DNA of 63,019 nucleotides, counting the filler. It is 3 parts of 3 records of this genome, joined end to end, with 100 filler letters (N's around TTAATTAATTAA, not from the genome) between each part and the next. Parts side by side here need not be neighbours in the genome. Positions count along the whole stretch, not along the records: positions 16,127 to 45,869 come from DRR723986_14684; 2 more parts are not named here. One strand, 5' to 3'. A program made the position numbers and the translations under genes. Every line of letters starts with the position of its first letter. Position 1 is the first letter of the stretch. This document shows positions 28,802 through 40,250 of this stretch, in pieces. Below the pieces are notes generated by a model. The model saw only the letters and a program-made list of their open reading frames with translations. It was not told where the DNA came from and searched no databases.

Positions 28802-30129
28802 TCGCTTTCAGAAGGGTCTGATTTTCCATCTGCGGCGGCTGCATCACGGAATTTCTGAAAATACGCCAGCCGCTTTTGCACATCGCGCTCGAAACCGCGT
28901 TCAACCGGCTGATAAAATTGCTCGCGCGGCATATCATCGGGAAAATAATTTTGCTCCGATACACCACCTTCAACATCATGGTCGTAGGCATAGTCTTTGC
29001 CGTAGCCGATATCTTTCATCAGCTTGGTAGGCGCATTAAGAATATGGGCTGGCGGCATAAGGCTGCCGGTTGCGCGCGCAGATTTCATGGCGGCCTTTTG
29101 GGCTTTGTAGGCTGCGTTTGATTTGGGGGCCGTCGCCAGATACAACACCGCCTGCACAATTTGCAGTTCTCCCTCTGGGCTGCCTAAAAATTCATAGGTG
29201 TTTTTGGCAGCCAATACCTGATGAATAGCTTCTGGGTCGGCAAGGCCGACATCTTCGCTGGCAAAACGCACCAACCGGCGGATGATATAGAGCGGGTCTT
29301 CGCCGCCAACCAGCATGCGCGCGGTCCAGTATAGTGCGGCGTCAGGGTCTGACCCCCGCAATGACTTATGCAGCGCCGAGATCAGGTTATAGTGGCCGTC
29401 GCGGTCTTTATCATACGCAGGGGCGCGCTTATGCAATAGCTTGGCGAGTTTGTCGGGCGTGATGGTTTGCCCGGCGTCTGTGTCTGCCAATGTTTCGACG
29501 CAGTTCAACAGAAAGCGTCCGTCACCGTCTGCCATGGCTTTAAGGCTTATCCGCGCATCCGCATCCAGTGGTAGCGGGTGGCCCAAATCAGCCTCAGCGC
29601 GCACGAGAAGCTGTTCCAATGCGTCATCATCGTGGCGGTTTAAGACCAGCACCTGCATTCTCGACAGCAGTGCACCGTTAATTTCAAAAGAAGGGTTTTC
29701 TGTAGTGGCACCCACCAAGGTGATGGTGCCGTCTTCCACGTAAGGTAGAAAACCATCTTGCTGTGAGCGGTTAAAACGATGGATTTCATCAACAAACAAC
29801 AGGGTGCCGCGCCCATCCATACGGCGCATTTTTGCGGCCTCAAATATCTTTTTCAAGTCCGCGACGCCGGAAAAAATTGCTGAAATTTGCTCGAAAGCCA
29901 AATCAGCATGGTCTGCCAGCAAACGCGCAATAGTGGTTTTGCCGCTGCCGGGCGGACCCCACAAAATAAGGCTGGTTATCTTGCCAGTAGCAACCATACG
30001 GCCAAGCGGTCCGTCATTTGCCAGCAAATGGTCTTGCCCTACAACAGTTTCCAATGATGCAGGCCGAAGCCGGTCCGCCAGCGGCCTGAGGCCGCTGTCG
30101 TCTGCTCCGGCTGCAAAAAGGTCAACCAC
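28798..30129 (-). CDS. rarA: Replication-associated recombination protein A (MgsA)
   Basis: RPLADRLRP, GPPGSGKTT, FVDEIHRFN, GATTENPSF, YNLISALHKSLRGSD. Confidence 0.96.
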   Translation of the reverse strand: MVDLFAAGADDSGLRPLADRLRPASLETVVGQDHLLANDGPLGRMVATGKITSLILWGPPGSGKTTIARLLADHADLAFEQISAIFSGVADLKKIFEAAKMRRMDGRGTLLFVDEIHRFNRSQQDGFLPYVEDGTITLVGATTENPSFEINGALLSRMQVLVLNRHDDDALEQLLVRAEADLGHPLPLDADARISLKAMADGDGRFLLNCVETLADTDAGQTITPDKLAKLLHKRAPAYDKDRDGHYNLISALHKSLRGSDPDAALYWTARMLVGGEDPLYIIRRLVRFASEDVGLADPEAIHQVLAAKNTYEFLGSPEGELQIVQAVLYLATAPKSNAAYKAQKAAMKSARATGSLMPPAHILNAPTKLMKDIGYGKDYAYDHDVEGGVSEQNYFPDDMPREQFYQPVERGFERDVQKRLAYFQKFRDAAAADGKSDPSESE

Positions 30130-30132
30130 CGT

Positions 30133-31593
30133 TTACCTGATTGTAGTGCAACGGAAAGACCGGTTAGGCACCACCGTGCATTCTTGCACGCGGCCCCGGC
30201 GCTGTATTTGATAAACAAACCGTTCGGCCTCTTCATTAAGCACAGCATCCAAATCTGCAACAAGCGAGACGGGCGCACCGTTCACCGCGAGCAAAATGTC
30301 GCCAGGTACAAGGAACTGATACCGCGCAGAAGGCGAGCGGCGCTCAACCTCAAGTACAATGACGCCTTTGGCGAAGGCACTGATTTGCAACTCTTCATTA
30401 AAGCGCGGCGACATATTGGCCACCGTGACACCCTGGAAGGGGTGGCGTCCATCAAGCTTGGTAAGGTTACGGGCCGGGTCTTCCGGTGGCAGGGCAAGCG
30501 CAACGCGGCGTTCCTGAATGAAACCTTCGGTGAGTACGGCCAGAGGCACCTCGTCGCCTTCCTGCAATGTGGCAATGCGGAAGTTCAGGCCGGGTTCATC
30601 GATAATTTCTTTGCCGTTGATGGCCATAATAACGTCGCCAGGGCTTATACCAGCAGCCGCTGCTGGGCCATCTGCATAAACTTCGTCAACCAACACGCCC
30701 CCTGCCCGGTCAAGGCCTAAGCCAGCAGCAAGGTCTGTAGTAACTGATTGACCATTAATGCCCAGCCAGGGGCGAACCAACTGGCCTTCGTTTAAGGCGG
30801 CACGAAGCACGGACTTCACCATATTGGCTGGTACAGCAAAGCCAATGCCGTTTGAAGCCCCTGTGCGGCTGTAAATGGCCGTGTTGATGCCCAAAAGGTC
30901 ACCGTCTATGCCAATAAGCGCACCGCCTGAGTTGCCGGGGTTTACCGCGGCGTCTGTCTGGATGAAAAAGCCAAAGTCTGAAATGCCGCGCTGTGTACGG
31001 GCATTGGCCGACACAATACCGCCGGTAACGGTTTGACCAATGCCGAACGGATTACCAATGGCGAGCACGATATCGCCTACCTCAACGCTGTCACTGTCGG
31101 CCAAGTTGAGAATAGCCAGTGGCTCATCACCGGCTTCAATGCGCAAGATAGCAAGATCAGTGCGTGGATCAGCCAGAATGATCTCGGCGTCAAACTCGCG
31201 CCTGTCAGATAGCACCACCGTAACCTCGTCCGCGCCTTCAATAACGTGGTTATTGGTCACAATGATGCCGTCAGGCCGCACAATAACACCCGAGCCCAAT
31301 GACCCGCGCACCCGCTCTTTCGGCATACCAAAGCTGAACTGGTCACCAAAGAAACGCTTAAAGAGCGAATCGTCAAACATGGCGGACCGGCTTCTGACAA
31401 CTTTACGCGTGTATATGTTAACAACCGCAGGCGCACTATCGGCCACCAGTGGGGCGTATGACAATTTAACCTGCGCGGCTGATTGCGGCACAACACGCTG
31501 AGGCTGTTCCTGCTGGGCGCTTACATTAAGCGAGGTGCCCACACCGAGCACAAATATAAACAAGAGCGATAAGGATTTAAGAGTGCTTTTCAT
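30133..31593 (-). CDS. Do/DegP/DegQ-family periplasmic serine protease with two PDZ domains
   Basis: Signal peptide; TNNHVI, DLA, GNPFG, QTDAAVNPGNSGG. Confidence 0.95.
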   Translation of the reverse strand: MKSTLKSLSLLFIFVLGVGTSLNVSAQQEQPQRVVPQSAAQVKLSYAPLVADSAPAVVNIYTRKVVRSRSAMFDDSLFKRFFGDQFSFGMPKERVRGSLGSGVIVRPDGIIVTNNHVIEGADEVTVVLSDRREFDAEIILADPRTDLAILRIEAGDEPLAILNLADSDSVEVGDIVLAIGNPFGIGQTVTGGIVSANARTQRGISDFGFFIQTDAAVNPGNSGGALIGIDGDLLGINTAIYSRTGASNGIGFAVPANMVKSVLRAALNEGQLVRPWLGINGQSVTTDLAAGLGLDRAGGVLVDEVYADGPAAAAGISPGDVIMAINGKEIIDEPGLNFRIATLQEGDEVPLAVLTEGFIQERRVALALPPEDPARNLTKLDGRHPFQGVTVANMSPRFNEELQISAFAKGVIVLEVERRSPSARYQFLVPGDILLAVNGAPVSLVADLDAVLNEEAERFVYQIQRRGRVQECTVVPNRSFRCTTIR

Positions 31594-31642
31594 CGTTATG
31601 AATTCCTGTTTCAGTTGGTGCTAACATTATGCAAACGCCCCC

Positions 31643-31672
31643 TATATGGAAACGCCGCACCGGATGTGCAAG
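31643..31672 (-). promoter_or_regulatory. Putative RpoH (sigma32) promoter of the degQ-rarA operon
   Basis: Minus strand reads CTTGCA-N16-TCCATATA about 50 nt upstream of the protease ATG, similar to the alphaproteobacterial CTTG…CCTATAT consensus. Confidence 0.55.
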
Positions 31673-31792
31673 GGCTTGTCGGTAAGGTGGCCTACGCCTG
31701 CGATAAAATCAACTTATTGCACAATAAGGTGGTGGGGAAATGCGGCTGTGTTGAGGCAGATGTGTTTAGACACCCCATATTCGGCCAAGACA

Positions 31793-31828
31793 ACAAAAAA
31801 GGGCCACCCTAACAGGCAGCCCTTTTGT
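31793..31828 (-). terminator. Intrinsic terminator after rplQ
   Basis: Minus strand GGGCTGCC-TGTTAG-GGTGGCCC followed by TTTTTT. Confidence 0.8.
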
Positions 31829-31847
31829 ATTCTGTAGAACGTGCGGT

Positions 31848-32270
31848 TTATGCCGCGTCGTCTTCCATGTCAATTTCCTGGCTTGGGCCACTGTCTTGAC
31901 CTTTGGCATCTTCGTTACGGTCAACCAGCTCGATCACAGCCATTGGCGCATTGTCGCCGTGGCGGTAACCAGCTTTCAGAACGCGGGTGTAACCACCCTG
32001 ACGGTCTTTATAGCGGTCAGCAAGCTCATCGAACATCTTCTTAACAAGTGTTTCATTCTGAAGGCGTGCAACAGCAAGGCGACGATTGGCAAGGCCACCC
32101 TTTTTTGCAAGCGTGATCAGTTTTTCAACGATAGGCGCAAGGTCTTTGGCCTTAGGCAATGTTGTTACAATCTGCTCGTGCTTCAACAAAGCTTGAGCAA
32201 GGTTCATGAACATAGCCTTACGGTGGCTAGCAGTTCTGTTTAGTTTACGACCGGCTTTACGGTGACGCAT
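31848..32270 (-). CDS. rplQ: 50S ribosomal protein L17
   Basis: [27 protein letters not shown]. Confidence 0.98.
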   Translation of the reverse strand: MRHRKAGRKLNRTASHRKAMFMNLAQALLKHEQIVTTLPKAKDLAPIVEKLITLAKKGGLANRRLAVARLQNETLVKKMFDELADRYKDRQGGYTRVLKAGYRHGDNAPMAVIELVDRNEDAKGQDSGPSQEIDMEDDAA

Positions 32271-32376
32271 GGTTTTAGCTCCTTGTTGCCTGTCCGGCCT
32301 TGGGCGGTTTGAAATAACCGCCTAGTACCAGCAGGTGGCCCCTAAACTGCGGGGAGGTTTTTTACAATTTTAATAC

Positions 32377-33393
32377 TTAGTATTCTTGTTCCAGCTTCTT
32401 AGCCATCTCTTCGATGTTCTCTGGTGGCCAAGCAGGCAGTTCCATACCAAGACGCAAGCCCATAGTAGACAATACTTCCTTGATCTCGTTTAGAGACTTA
32501 CGACCAAAGTTTGGTGTCCGCAGCATTTCTGCTTCGGTTTTCTGCACCAAATCACCGATGTAAACGATGTTGTCGTTTTTCAGGCAATTAGCCGAACGAA
32601 CAGACAATTCAAGCTCGTCCACTTTGCGCAGAAGCTGACGGTTGAACGCTGGTTCATCGTCTTCTTCAGGCTTGGCAGCTTCTTCAGGCTCATCGAAGCT
32701 TACAAACACAGCCAGTTGGTCCTGCAGAATGCGCGCAGCAAAAGCAATGGCATCTTCAGGTGTTACTGTACCGTCTGTTTCTACTTCCATGGTCAGCTTG
32801 TCATAGTCAAGAACCTGTCCCTCACGGGTAGCTTCAACTTTGTAGCTAACTTTCTTCACTGGGCTGTAGAGAGCATCAACTGGAATAAGACCAATCGGTG
32901 CATCTTCTGGCCGGTTGCGGTCTGCAGGCACATAGCCTTTGCCGCTTGACGCCATCAGTTCCATGTTAAGGGTCGCGCCTTCATCCAGATGACAAAGAAC
33001 CAAGTCTTTGTCCAGAATGTCCACATCAGCAACTTCGCTGATCTGGCTGGCCTTCACCTCACCAGGACCTGTCGCTGTCAGGTGCAAACGCTTTGTACCA
33101 TCAGACGTTACCCGCACAGGCAACTGCTTGATGTTCAGGACCATGTCCGTCACGTCTTCACGTACACCCGGTACAGAGGAAAACTCGTGGAGCACGCCTT
33201 CAATTTGAATGCTGGTGATTGCACCACCTTGCAACGATGATAACAGCACACGACGCAGGCCATTGCCCAACGTATTGCCATAGCCACGCTCAAGTGGTTC
33301 AACAACGAGTTTCGCTTTACGAAGTGGGTCAGCGCCCGATTCAATCGTTAAGCCATTCGGTTTAATTAGTTCTTGCCAGTTTTTCTGGATCAC
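32377..33393 (-). CDS. rpoA: RNA polymerase alpha subunit
   Basis: [44 protein letters not shown] 33393 after GAGGGT (ORF track starts 33414). Confidence 0.98.
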   Translation of the reverse strand: MIQKNWQELIKPNGLTIESGADPLRKAKLVVEPLERGYGNTLGNGLRRVLLSSLQGGAITSIQIEGVLHEFSSVPGVREDVTDMVLNIKQLPVRVTSDGTKRLHLTATGPGEVKASQISEVADVDILDKDLVLCHLDEGATLNMELMASSGKGYVPADRNRPEDAPIGLIPVDALYSPVKKVSYKVEATREGQVLDYDKLTMEVETDGTVTPEDAIAFAARILQDQLAVFVSFDEPEEAAKPEEDDEPAFNRQLLRKVDELELSVRSANCLKNDNIVYIGDLVQKTEAEMLRTPNFGRKSLNEIKEVLSTMGLRLGMELPAWPPENIEEMAKKLEQEY

Positions 33394-33486
33394 AGTGTAA
33401 CCCTCATGTTGCATGACAGCTCTATAAGTTTGAGTGTCAAAGGATTCTCGCCAATACTCTTACTACTTAACCAATTACGACGTGCG

Positions 33487-33879
33487 TTATACGCGGCGGC
33501 GTTTGGGCGGACGGCAACCATTGTGTGGAATAGGTGTAACATCACGAATTGAGGTGATGACAAACCCAATGGCCTGCAGCGCGCGCAGTGCACTTTCGCG
33601 ACCTGCGCCCGGACCTTTTACTTCCACTTCAACGGATTTAACGCCGTGGTCTTGCGCTTTTTTGCCTGCATCTTCCGCAGCAACCTGTGCAGCGTAAGGT
33701 GTTGACTTGCGCGAGCCCTTGAAGCCCATCATGCCAGCAGATGACCAGGAAATCGCGTTGCCCTGCAAATCTGTAATGGTAATCATTGTATTGTTGAAAG
33801 TCGCATTCACGTGAACAACACCGTTCGTGATGTTTTTACGCTCACGTCTTTTAACGCGTCCTGTATCTTTTGTAGCCAT
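33487..33879 (-). CDS. rpsK: 30S ribosomal protein S11
   Basis: [31 protein letters not shown]. Confidence 0.98.
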   Translation of the reverse strand: MATKDTGRVKRRERKNITNGVVHVNATFNNTMITITDLQGNAISWSSAGMMGFKGSRKSTPYAAQVAAEDAGKKAQDHGVKSVEVEVKGPGAGRESALRALQAIGFVITSIRDVTPIPHNGCRPPKRRRV

Positions 33880-33930
33880 CTCTATCAGACCCTATAAATT
33901 TCGGGGGGAGCCCTAAACAGCGTTACCCAA

Positions 33931-34299
33931 TTACTTTTTCTTACCGGCAATCGCCACCGCTTTACCCTTACGGGTACGAGCATTAGTGCTCGTGCGCTGG
34001 CCGCGTGTCGGCAACTTGGCACGGTGACGAAGACCACGATAAGTCTTGAGGTCCATCAACCGCTTAATATTCATAGCAACTTCACGACGAAGGTCACCTT
34101 CAACCGTGTGATCGCTGTCAATCATCTCACGGATCTGAATTACTTCAGCATCCGTCAATTCCGCCACTCTGCGTTCGAATGGGAAATTAAGCTTTGCACA
34201 AATATCCTTAGCAGCGGTGTGACCGATGCCGTGGATATAAGTCAGTGCGATTTCCACTCGCTTGTTGGTCGGAATGTTAACGCCTGCAATACGCGCCAC
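33931..34299 (-). CDS. rpsM: 30S ribosomal protein S13
   Basis: [34 protein letters not shown] 34299 after AGGAGA. Confidence 0.98.
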   Translation of the reverse strand: MARIAGVNIPTNKRVEIALTYIHGIGHTAAKDICAKLNFPFERRVAELTDAEVIQIREMIDSDHTVEGDLRREVAMNIKRLMDLKTYRGLRHRAKLPTRGQRTSTNARTRKGKAVAIAGKKK

Positions 34300-34365
34300 G
34301 ACCATTCTCCTGATCAAAAAAATTTACGTTCAAGTACCATACAGTCACAAGACGTGCGAAGCCGG

Positions 34366-34394
34366 GGCTTATAGGAACAAACCCCCCGCGTCAA
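34366..34394 (-). promoter_or_regulatory. Putative sigma70 promoter of the alpha operon
   Basis: Minus strand TTGACG followed 15-17 nt later by TATAAGCC in the adk-rpsM gap. Confidence 0.45.
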
Positions 34395-34412
34395 CCGTCG
34401 TGTAACAATTTC

Positions 34413-35060
34413 TTACGCAGCCAAAACCGCGTCTATTTGTGCAGCAACCTCATTGACGGCAGTCATGCCGTCGACCTGCTGCAAAATTCCTTGTTGTGCG
34501 TAGTAAGGCAGCACCGGTGCCGTCTGCGCATAATATTCATCCAATCGCTTGGCGACAGTCTCTGCATTATCGTCTGCACGGCGCTTAAACTCAGTGCTAC
34601 CGCAGTTGTCACACACACCGTCAACCGCTGGTTTCAGGTTGGTGTCATGGTAGCCTTCGTTGCAGCCTGCGCATGTGTAACGACCAGAAATTCGGTCAAC
34701 CAAGGCAGCGTCATCAACTTTCATTTCCACAACGGCATCAAGCTTTACGCCCGCTTCCGCCAGCATGACATCCAAGGCTTGCGCCTGAGCTGTGTTGCGA
34801 GGGAAACCGTCAAGAATGAAACCATTCTTGCAATCATCTTCTTTGATTCGGTCCGCAATAATGCCGATAACAATATCATCTGACACCAATTGGCCCGCAT
34901 CCATCTTGTCTTTTGCTTGTTTGCCGTAGTGCGTTTGTGCCGTTACGGCTGCACGTAGCATGTCCCCCGTTGATAACTGCACAAGGCCGCGGCTCTTTTC
35001 CAAGCGCTGTGCCTGCGTGCCTTTACCTGCACCGGGAGGACCAAACAAAATTATGATCAT
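34413..35060 (-). CDS. adk: Adenylate kinase with four-Cys zinc LID
   Basis: GPPGAGKGTQ, STGDMLR, LDGFPR, CAGC…CDNC. Confidence 0.97.
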   Translation of the reverse strand: MIIILFGPPGAGKGTQAQRLEKSRGLVQLSTGDMLRAAVTAQTHYGKQAKDKMDAGQLVSDDIVIGIIADRIKEDDCKNGFILDGFPRNTAQAQALDVMLAEAGVKLDAVVEMKVDDAALVDRISGRYTCAGCNEGYHDTNLKPAVDGVCDNCGSTEFKRRADDNAETVAKRLDEYYAQTAPVLPYYAQQGILQQVDGMTAVNEVAAQIDAVLAA

Positions 35061-36391
35061 CTTTTACGGCCGCCCTTCAAACGCGCTTTCTTGAGCAGCC
35101 CTTCATATTGCTGTGCCATCAGGTGAGAGTGAATTTGGCTCACTGTGTCCATCGTCACATTCACAACAATCAGCAAGCTGGTGCCACCAAGGTAGAATGG
35201 GATGGACGCCGAGCTAATCAAAAGTTCAGGAATGGCACAAACGATAGAAAGGTAAGCTGAACCAATCACCGTCAAACGTGTGAGGACATAGTCAAGATAT
35301 TCCGCAGTCCGCGCACCAGGACGAATACCAGGAACAAAACCGCCGTTTTTTTTCAAATTATCGGCTGTGTCTTCAGGGTTAAACTGAATAGCCGTGTAGA
35401 AGAAACAGAAGAAAACGATAAGCGCTATATAGAGTGCAATGTAAACCGGCTGACCAGGGGCCAAAATCGACGTTACAGTCGTTAAATATTCATTGCCACC
35501 CTGCGCTGACATACCAGCCACTGTTAGCGGCATCAACAACAAGGAGCTTGCGAAAATAGGTGGAATCACGCCAGCAACGTTCAGCTTCATTGGCAAATGC
35601 GACTGATCGCTTTGCATACCACCACCGCGCTGTTGCCGCTTAGGGTATTGAATAACAATGCGGCGCTGAGCGCGTTCACAGAAAACGATGAACCAGATAA
35701 GGGCAGCTGCGCCGCCAAGCATTGCCAACAGTACAGGCAAATTCATCTGACCCGTGCGTGTGAGCTCAAAAGCCTGTGCTAACGTGCCCGGCAATTCAGC
35801 CACAATTCCGGCGAAAATAATCAGTGAGATACCATTACCAATACCGCGCTGAGTGATTTGCTCACCTAACCACATCAGGAACATGGTGCCGCCAAGCAGT
35901 GTAACCACCGCCGTAAAGCGGAAGAACAAGCCTGGGTCAACCACCACGCCCGGCTGACTCTCTAAGCCAGAAGCAATTGCCCAACCTTGAACAATGGTCA
36001 ACAAAACCGTGCCATAGCGGGTATATTGGTTGATCTTCTTGCGGCCTTGCTCACCATCCTTTTTAAGCTGCGCCAAAGACGAGCTCATGGTGGTGAGAAG
36101 CTGCATGATAATCGAAGCCGAGATATAAGGCATAATGCCAAGCATTATGATCGAGGTACGTTGCAAGGCACCGCCAGAGAAAGTGTTAACAATGTCAACA
36201 AACCCTCCGCCAAGGTTCGCAAACATGCGCTCAACCGATGCAGCGTCCAAACCCGGAATGGGAATGTAGCTGCAAAGCCTGAACACAATCAGCGCACCAA
36301 GAGCGAACAGAATCCTTTTTTTCAGTTCGTCCGCCTTCGAAAAGGCAGACCAACTAATATTGGATGCTAATTGTTCAGCAGCAGATGCCAT
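35057..36391 (-). CDS. secY: Preprotein translocase subunit SecY
   Basis: LGIMPYISASII, WLGEQIT.RGIGNG, GVIPPIFASS, GGTSLLIVV. Confidence 0.98.
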   Translation of the reverse strand: MASAAEQLASNISWSAFSKADELKKRILFALGALIVFRLCSYIPIPGLDAASVERMFANLGGGFVDIVNTFSGGALQRTSIIMLGIMPYISASIIMQLLTTMSSSLAQLKKDGEQGRKKINQYTRYGTVLLTIVQGWAIASGLESQPGVVVDPGLFFRFTAVVTLLGGTMFLMWLGEQITQRGIGNGISLIIFAGIVAELPGTLAQAFELTRTGQMNLPVLLAMLGGAAALIWFIVFCERAQRRIVIQYPKRQQRGGGMQSDQSHLPMKLNVAGVIPPIFASSLLLMPLTVAGMSAQGGNEYLTTVTSILAPGQPVYIALYIALIVFFCFFYTAIQFNPEDTADNLKKNGGFVPGIRPGARTAEYLDYVLTRLTVIGSAYLSIVCAIPELLISSASIPFYLGGTSLLIVVNVTMDTVSQIHSHLMAQQYEGLLKKARLKGGRKR

Positions 36392-36435
36392 GTACGTCTA
36401 CTCCAGCCTAAGTATAATCTCGGCTTAATTAGTTT

Positions 36436-36894
36436 TTATTCAGCAACGGTTACTTTACCGCCAGCCTTTTCAACAGCTTCAACAGCACCTTTAGATGCCC
36501 CTGTTACTGTGATATCGATTTTGGCATTCAATTCACCTTTAGCCAGCAGACGAACACCGTCTACTACCCTGCCAATGATGCCAGCTTCGATAAGCACTTC
36601 AGATGTAATTGGTGACTTGGCATTCAATTTACCAGCATCAATTGCAGTCTGAAGGCGGCCAATATTCACAACCTGGAAATCTTTCCGATTACGACTTGTG
36701 AAGCCACGCTTAGGCAGGCGTTGATAAAGTGGCATTTGGCCACCCTCAAAACCATTGATTGCAACACCTGAGCGCGCTTTTTGACCTTTGTGACCAGAAC
36801 CGGCAGTTTTACCTTTGCCAGACCCTATCCCGCGGCCAACACGCATCGCAGATTTGCGGGCGCCTGCATTGTCTTTAAGTTCGTTGAGTTTCAT
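36436..36894 (-). CDS. rplO: 50S ribosomal protein L15
   Basis: [29 protein letters not shown]. Confidence 0.98.
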   Translation of the reverse strand: MKLNELKDNAGARKSAMRVGRGIGSGKGKTAGSGHKGQKARSGVAINGFEGGQMPLYQRLPKRGFTSRNRKDFQVVNIGRLQTAIDAGKLNAKSPITSEVLIEAGIIGRVVDGVRLLAKGELNAKIDITVTGASKGAVEAVEKAGGKVTVAE

Positions 36895-36915
36895 CGCACT
36901 ATCTCCAACGCCGGC

Positions 36916-37101
36916 TTAATCTTCAACGCGCACTAAGTGGTGCACCTTGTTGATCATGCCACGAACGGCTGGAGAATCTTCCAGCTCGCGCGTTTTATGC
37001 ATTTTGTTTAACCCCAAGCCAACCAGCGTTTGACGCTGGTCTTCACGGCGACGGATCGGGCTACCGATCTGAGTTACGGTTATTGTTTTCTTCGCAGCCA
37101 T
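36916..37101 (-). CDS. rpmD: 50S ribosomal protein L30
   Basis: [21 protein letters not shown]; operon position. Confidence 0.97.
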   Translation of the reverse strand: MAAKKTITVTQIGSPIRRREDQRQTLVGLGLNKMHKTRELEDSPAVRGMINKVHHLVRVED

Positions 37102-37107
37102 TGTTGA

Positions 37108-37704
37108 TTACTCCGCTTCTGCAGTTTCAACAGCAGCCTCTTCATCGTTTGCCGCTACAGCTTTAACGTCGCCGCGACGAGATACGATATCAGCTACTTT
37201 TTTACCGCGTTTAGCAGCAATCTGACGAGGCGAGTTTTGCAGCGTAAGCGCATTAAACGTGGCCCGAACCATATTGTACGGGTTTGACGAGCCCTGAGAC
37301 TTCGTCACTACGTCTTGTACGCCGAGTGCTTCAAATACCGCACGCATCGGACCACCAGCAATGATGCCTGTACCGGCAACAGTTGTACGCAACAACACTT
37401 TACCAGCACCGTGACGGCCCCGGATATCATGGTGAAGCGTACGACCTTCTTTAAGCGGTACACGGATCATGTTTTTCTTAGCAGCTTCTGTGGCTTTGCG
37501 AATGGCTTCAGGAACTTCCCGAGCCTTCCCTTTGCCGAAGCCTACGCGGCCACGCTGGTCACCAACAACCACAAGGGCTGCGAAACCGAAACGACGGCCA
37601 CCTTTTACAACTTTGGCCACACGGTTAATGTGGACAAGTTTCTCAATCAATTCGCTTTCTTCGCGGTTTCCGCGCTCTTGGCGATTACGTTCTGGGCGTG
37701 CCAT
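37108..37704 (-). CDS. rpsE: 30S ribosomal protein S5
   Basis: [24 protein letters not shown]. Confidence 0.98.
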   Translation of the reverse strand: MARPERNRQERGNREESELIEKLVHINRVAKVVKGGRRFGFAALVVVGDQRGRVGFGKGKAREVPEAIRKATEAAKKNMIRVPLKEGRTLHHDIRGRHGAGKVLLRTTVAGTGIIAGGPMRAVFEALGVQDVVTKSQGSSNPYNMVRATFNALTLQNSPRQIAAKRGKKVADIVSRRGDVKAVAANDEEAAVETAEAE

Positions 37705-37730
37705 GGGACATCCTTTTCCTTATCTCTTGC

Positions 37731-38087
37731 CTAAAAGGTCAAGCCGCCATCGCGCGCTGCTTCAGCCAATGCTTTAACACGTCCGTGGTACAAGAAACCA
37801 CCGCGATCAAAAACAACTGATTCAACACCCGCGGCCTTAGCTCGCTCGGCAATCAATTTTCCAACTTTAGATGCAGCGTCAATGTTCGATGTTGCATCGC
37901 CCTTCAGGCCTTCGTCGAGCGTTGATGCAGCCGCAAGGGTCGCACCTTTCACATCATCGATAACCTGCGCATAAATATGCTGGTTTGTCCTATGGACAGA
38001 AAGACGCGGCCGCCCGGTGCTTGTTTTACGAAGCTGAACCCGGTTACGCAGACGGCGTCGTTCGAAAAGATCTTTGCTATTTGCCAT
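37731..38087 (-). CDS. rplR: 50S ribosomal protein L18
   Basis: RPRLSVHR…[16 protein letters not shown]. Confidence 0.97.
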   Translation of the reverse strand: MANSKDLFERRRLRNRVQLRKTSTGRPRLSVHRTNQHIYAQVIDDVKGATLAAASTLDEGLKGDATSNIDAASKVGKLIAERAKAAGVESVVFDRGGFLYHGRVKALAEAARDGGLTF

Positions 38088-38099
38088 TGCTGCCACCCA

Positions 38100-38633
38100 T
38101 TACTTCTTCTTGCCTTCTTTACGGAAGACGTATTCGCCGTCATACCGAACACCCTTGCCTTTGTATGGCTCTGGTTTTCTGTATTCGCGGATCTTGGCTG
38201 CTGTTTCACCGACCAGTTGCTTGTCGATGCCAGAAATCTCGATCGTTGTTTGATCAGGCGTTTTAATTTGAATACCAGCCGGTACAGGGAAATCGATGTC
38301 ATGGCTGAAACCAAGCTGAAGATTTAAGCTTGAGCCTTTCATCTGCGCTCTGTAACCAACACCGGTGAGCAAAAGTTTCTTAGTGAAACCGTTTGTTACA
38401 CCTTCGACGATGTTAGAAACCAAAGAACGCTGCATTCCCCACATTGAGCGGGCGCGTTTAGTATCACCAACGGGCAATACAGTGATTTTGTCGTCTTCAT
38501 GTGACACTGTCACTTCAGGGACAAAAGACATTGCAAGCTCGCCTTTCGGGCCTTTGACCGCAAGGTCAGTACCGTTCAAGGAAACGGTGACGCCTGCTGG
38601 TATAGCTACTGGCTGTTTACCGATACGGGACAT
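38100..38633 (-). CDS. rplF: 50S ribosomal protein L6
   Basis: [15 protein letters not shown]. Confidence 0.98.
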   Translation of the reverse strand: MSRIGKQPVAIPAGVTVSLNGTDLAVKGPKGELAMSFVPEVTVSHEDDKITVLPVGDTKRARSMWGMQRSLVSNIVEGVTNGFTKKLLLTGVGYRAQMKGSSLNLQLGFSHDIDFPVPAGIQIKTPDQTTIEISGIDKQLVGETAAKIREYRKPEPYKGKGVRYDGEYVFRKEGKKK

Positions 38634-38648
38634 GTGTTTTTCCCTTCC

Positions 38649-39047
38649 CTAGAATACGGTGCAGAGAACTTCGCCGCCCACATTACTTTCACGCGCTTCC
38701 GCGTCAGAAAGTACACCTTTCGGTGTGGATACGATCGAAATTCCTAGGCCGTTATGAACACGTGGCAAGTCACGCACTGAGCTGTATACGCGGCGACCAG
38801 GCTTAGACACACGATTGATTGTGCGGATAACCGGCTCACCTTCCATATATTTCAACTCGATAGAAAGTTCAGCGTGGTTTGCTTCACCTTCTGTGCGGGA
38901 ATAACCCCGGATGTAACCTTCACGCTGCAGCACATCAAGAATACGCTGGCGTGTTTTTGAAGCTGGGCTCGAAACAACGGACTTGCCAGCTTGCAAGCCA
39001 TTGCGAATTCGGGTCAGCATATCAGCGATTGGATCTGTCATAGACAT
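38649..39047 (-). CDS. rpsH: 30S ribosomal protein S8
   Basis: [26 protein letters not shown]. Confidence 0.98.
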   Translation of the reverse strand: MSMTDPIADMLTRIRNGLQAGKSVVSSPASKTRQRILDVLQREGYIRGYSRTEGEANHAELSIELKYMEGEPVIRTINRVSKPGRRVYSSVRDLPRVHNGLGISIVSTPKGVLSDAEARESNVGGEVLCTVF

Positions 39048-39058
39048 CAGCTATCCCC

Positions 39059-39364
39059 TTACCAACTTGATTTCACGAGGCCAGGTACTTTTGCAGCAGA
39101 GCCGAGCTCACGCAGCGCAATACGAGACATTTTAAATTTACGATAGTAACCGCGCGGGCGACCTGTAACTTCGCAACGATTGCGAAGACGGGTTGCCGCA
39201 CCGTCACGTGGAAGCGCAGCGAGCTGCAACGCAGCAAGCCAACGATCATCTTCAGACAAGCTCTTGTCATAAACCTTAGCTTTAAGTTCGGCACGCTTGG
39301 CAGCGAACTTGGCTACAGTCTTTTCACGACGCTTGTTTTTGTTGATGGCACTTTTTTTAGCCAT
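39059..39364 (-). CDS. rpsN: 30S ribosomal protein S14 (long, zinc-free type)
   Basis: 101 aa; [22 protein letters not shown]; only one Cys. Confidence 0.98.
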   Translation of the reverse strand: MAKKSAINKNKRREKTVAKFAAKRAELKAKVYDKSLSEDDRWLAALQLAALPRDGAATRLRNRCEVTGRPRGYYRKFKMSRIALRELGSAAKVPGLVKSSW

Positions 39365-39385
39365 AATAAAACCCTCCTGCTACCG

Positions 39386-39940
39386 CTATTGCTTGAACGG
39401 CATATCGAAACCGGCGAGAAGCGCACGCGCCTCGTCGTCGTTCTTAGCCGTGGTGCAGATAATGATGTCCATTCCGCGAACTTGATCAACATCGTCATAG
39501 TTGATCTCGGGGAAAACCAATTGTTCCTTAAGACCCATCGCATAATTGCCGTTTCCGTCGAATGACTTAGGGTTAACGCCCTGGAAGTCACGAACACGTG
39601 GCATTGCGATTGTGATCAAACGATCAAGAAACTCATACATACGCTTAGAGCGCAGCGTTACTTTAGCACCGATTGGCATGCCCTCACGCAACTTGAAGCC
39701 TGCAATAGACTTACGCGCTACAGTAACAACAGGCTTTTGGCCTGCAATGGCAGCAATTTCGCTGGCAGCTTTTGTAACTTTTTTCTTGTCTTGAACGCCT
39801 TCACCAACACCCATGTTGATGACGATCTTGTCCAATTTCGGAACCTGCATGGGGTTCTTGTAGCCGAACTGCTCTTGCAGAGACGCCCGGATTTTTTCTT
39901 CGTATGCGTTACGAAGGCGTGGCATTGCTTTATCAGCCAT
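39386..39940 (-). CDS. rplE: 50S ribosomal protein L5
   Basis: [26 protein letters not shown]. Confidence 0.98.
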   Translation of the reverse strand: MADKAMPRLRNAYEEKIRASLQEQFGYKNPMQVPKLDKIVINMGVGEGVQDKKKVTKAASEIAAIAGQKPVVTVARKSIAGFKLREGMPIGAKVTLRSKRMYEFLDRLITIAMPRVRDFQGVNPKSFDGNGNYAMGLKEQLVFPEINYDDVDQVRGMDIIICTTAKNDDEARALLAGFDMPFKQ

Positions 39941-40250
39941 TGATCACCTCCCCAGACTTTTTGGCAAAGCGTACTTTCTTGCCATCGTCGGAAACTTTGA
40001 AACCAACACGGGTAGGAGCGCCGTCTTTCGGATCTTCAATCATAAGATTAGAGAGCTGAATAGCTGCTTCTTTGGTATTAATTCCACCCGCTGCTGTCTG
40101 CGTTGGACGCGTGTGACGCTTAACCAGGTTAATTCCCTGAACAACGGCACGGCCTTCCGACGGCAGTACAGACGTAATTTCGCCACGCTTGCCTTTGTCT
40201 TTACCGGCAATCACAACGACTTTGTCACCTTTTTTAAGTTTGGCAGCCAT
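39933..40250 (-). CDS. rplX: 50S ribosomal protein L24
   Basis: [16 protein letters not shown]. Confidence 0.98.
   Translation of the reverse strand: MAAKLKKGDKVVVIAGKDKGKRGEITSVLPSEGRAVVQGINLVKRHTRPTQTAAGGINTKEAAIQLSNLMIEDPKDGAPTRVGFKVSDDGKKVRFAKKSGEVING

Noticed and set aside
33931-36391. Absence of rpmJ, infA, map and rpsD from the spc/alpha cluster
   Set aside because: Normal arrangement for Alphaproteobacteria
39059-39364. Zinc-free S14 alongside a zinc-LID adenylate kinase
   Set aside because: Both forms are common in Alphaproteobacteria; not evidence of special zinc adaptation
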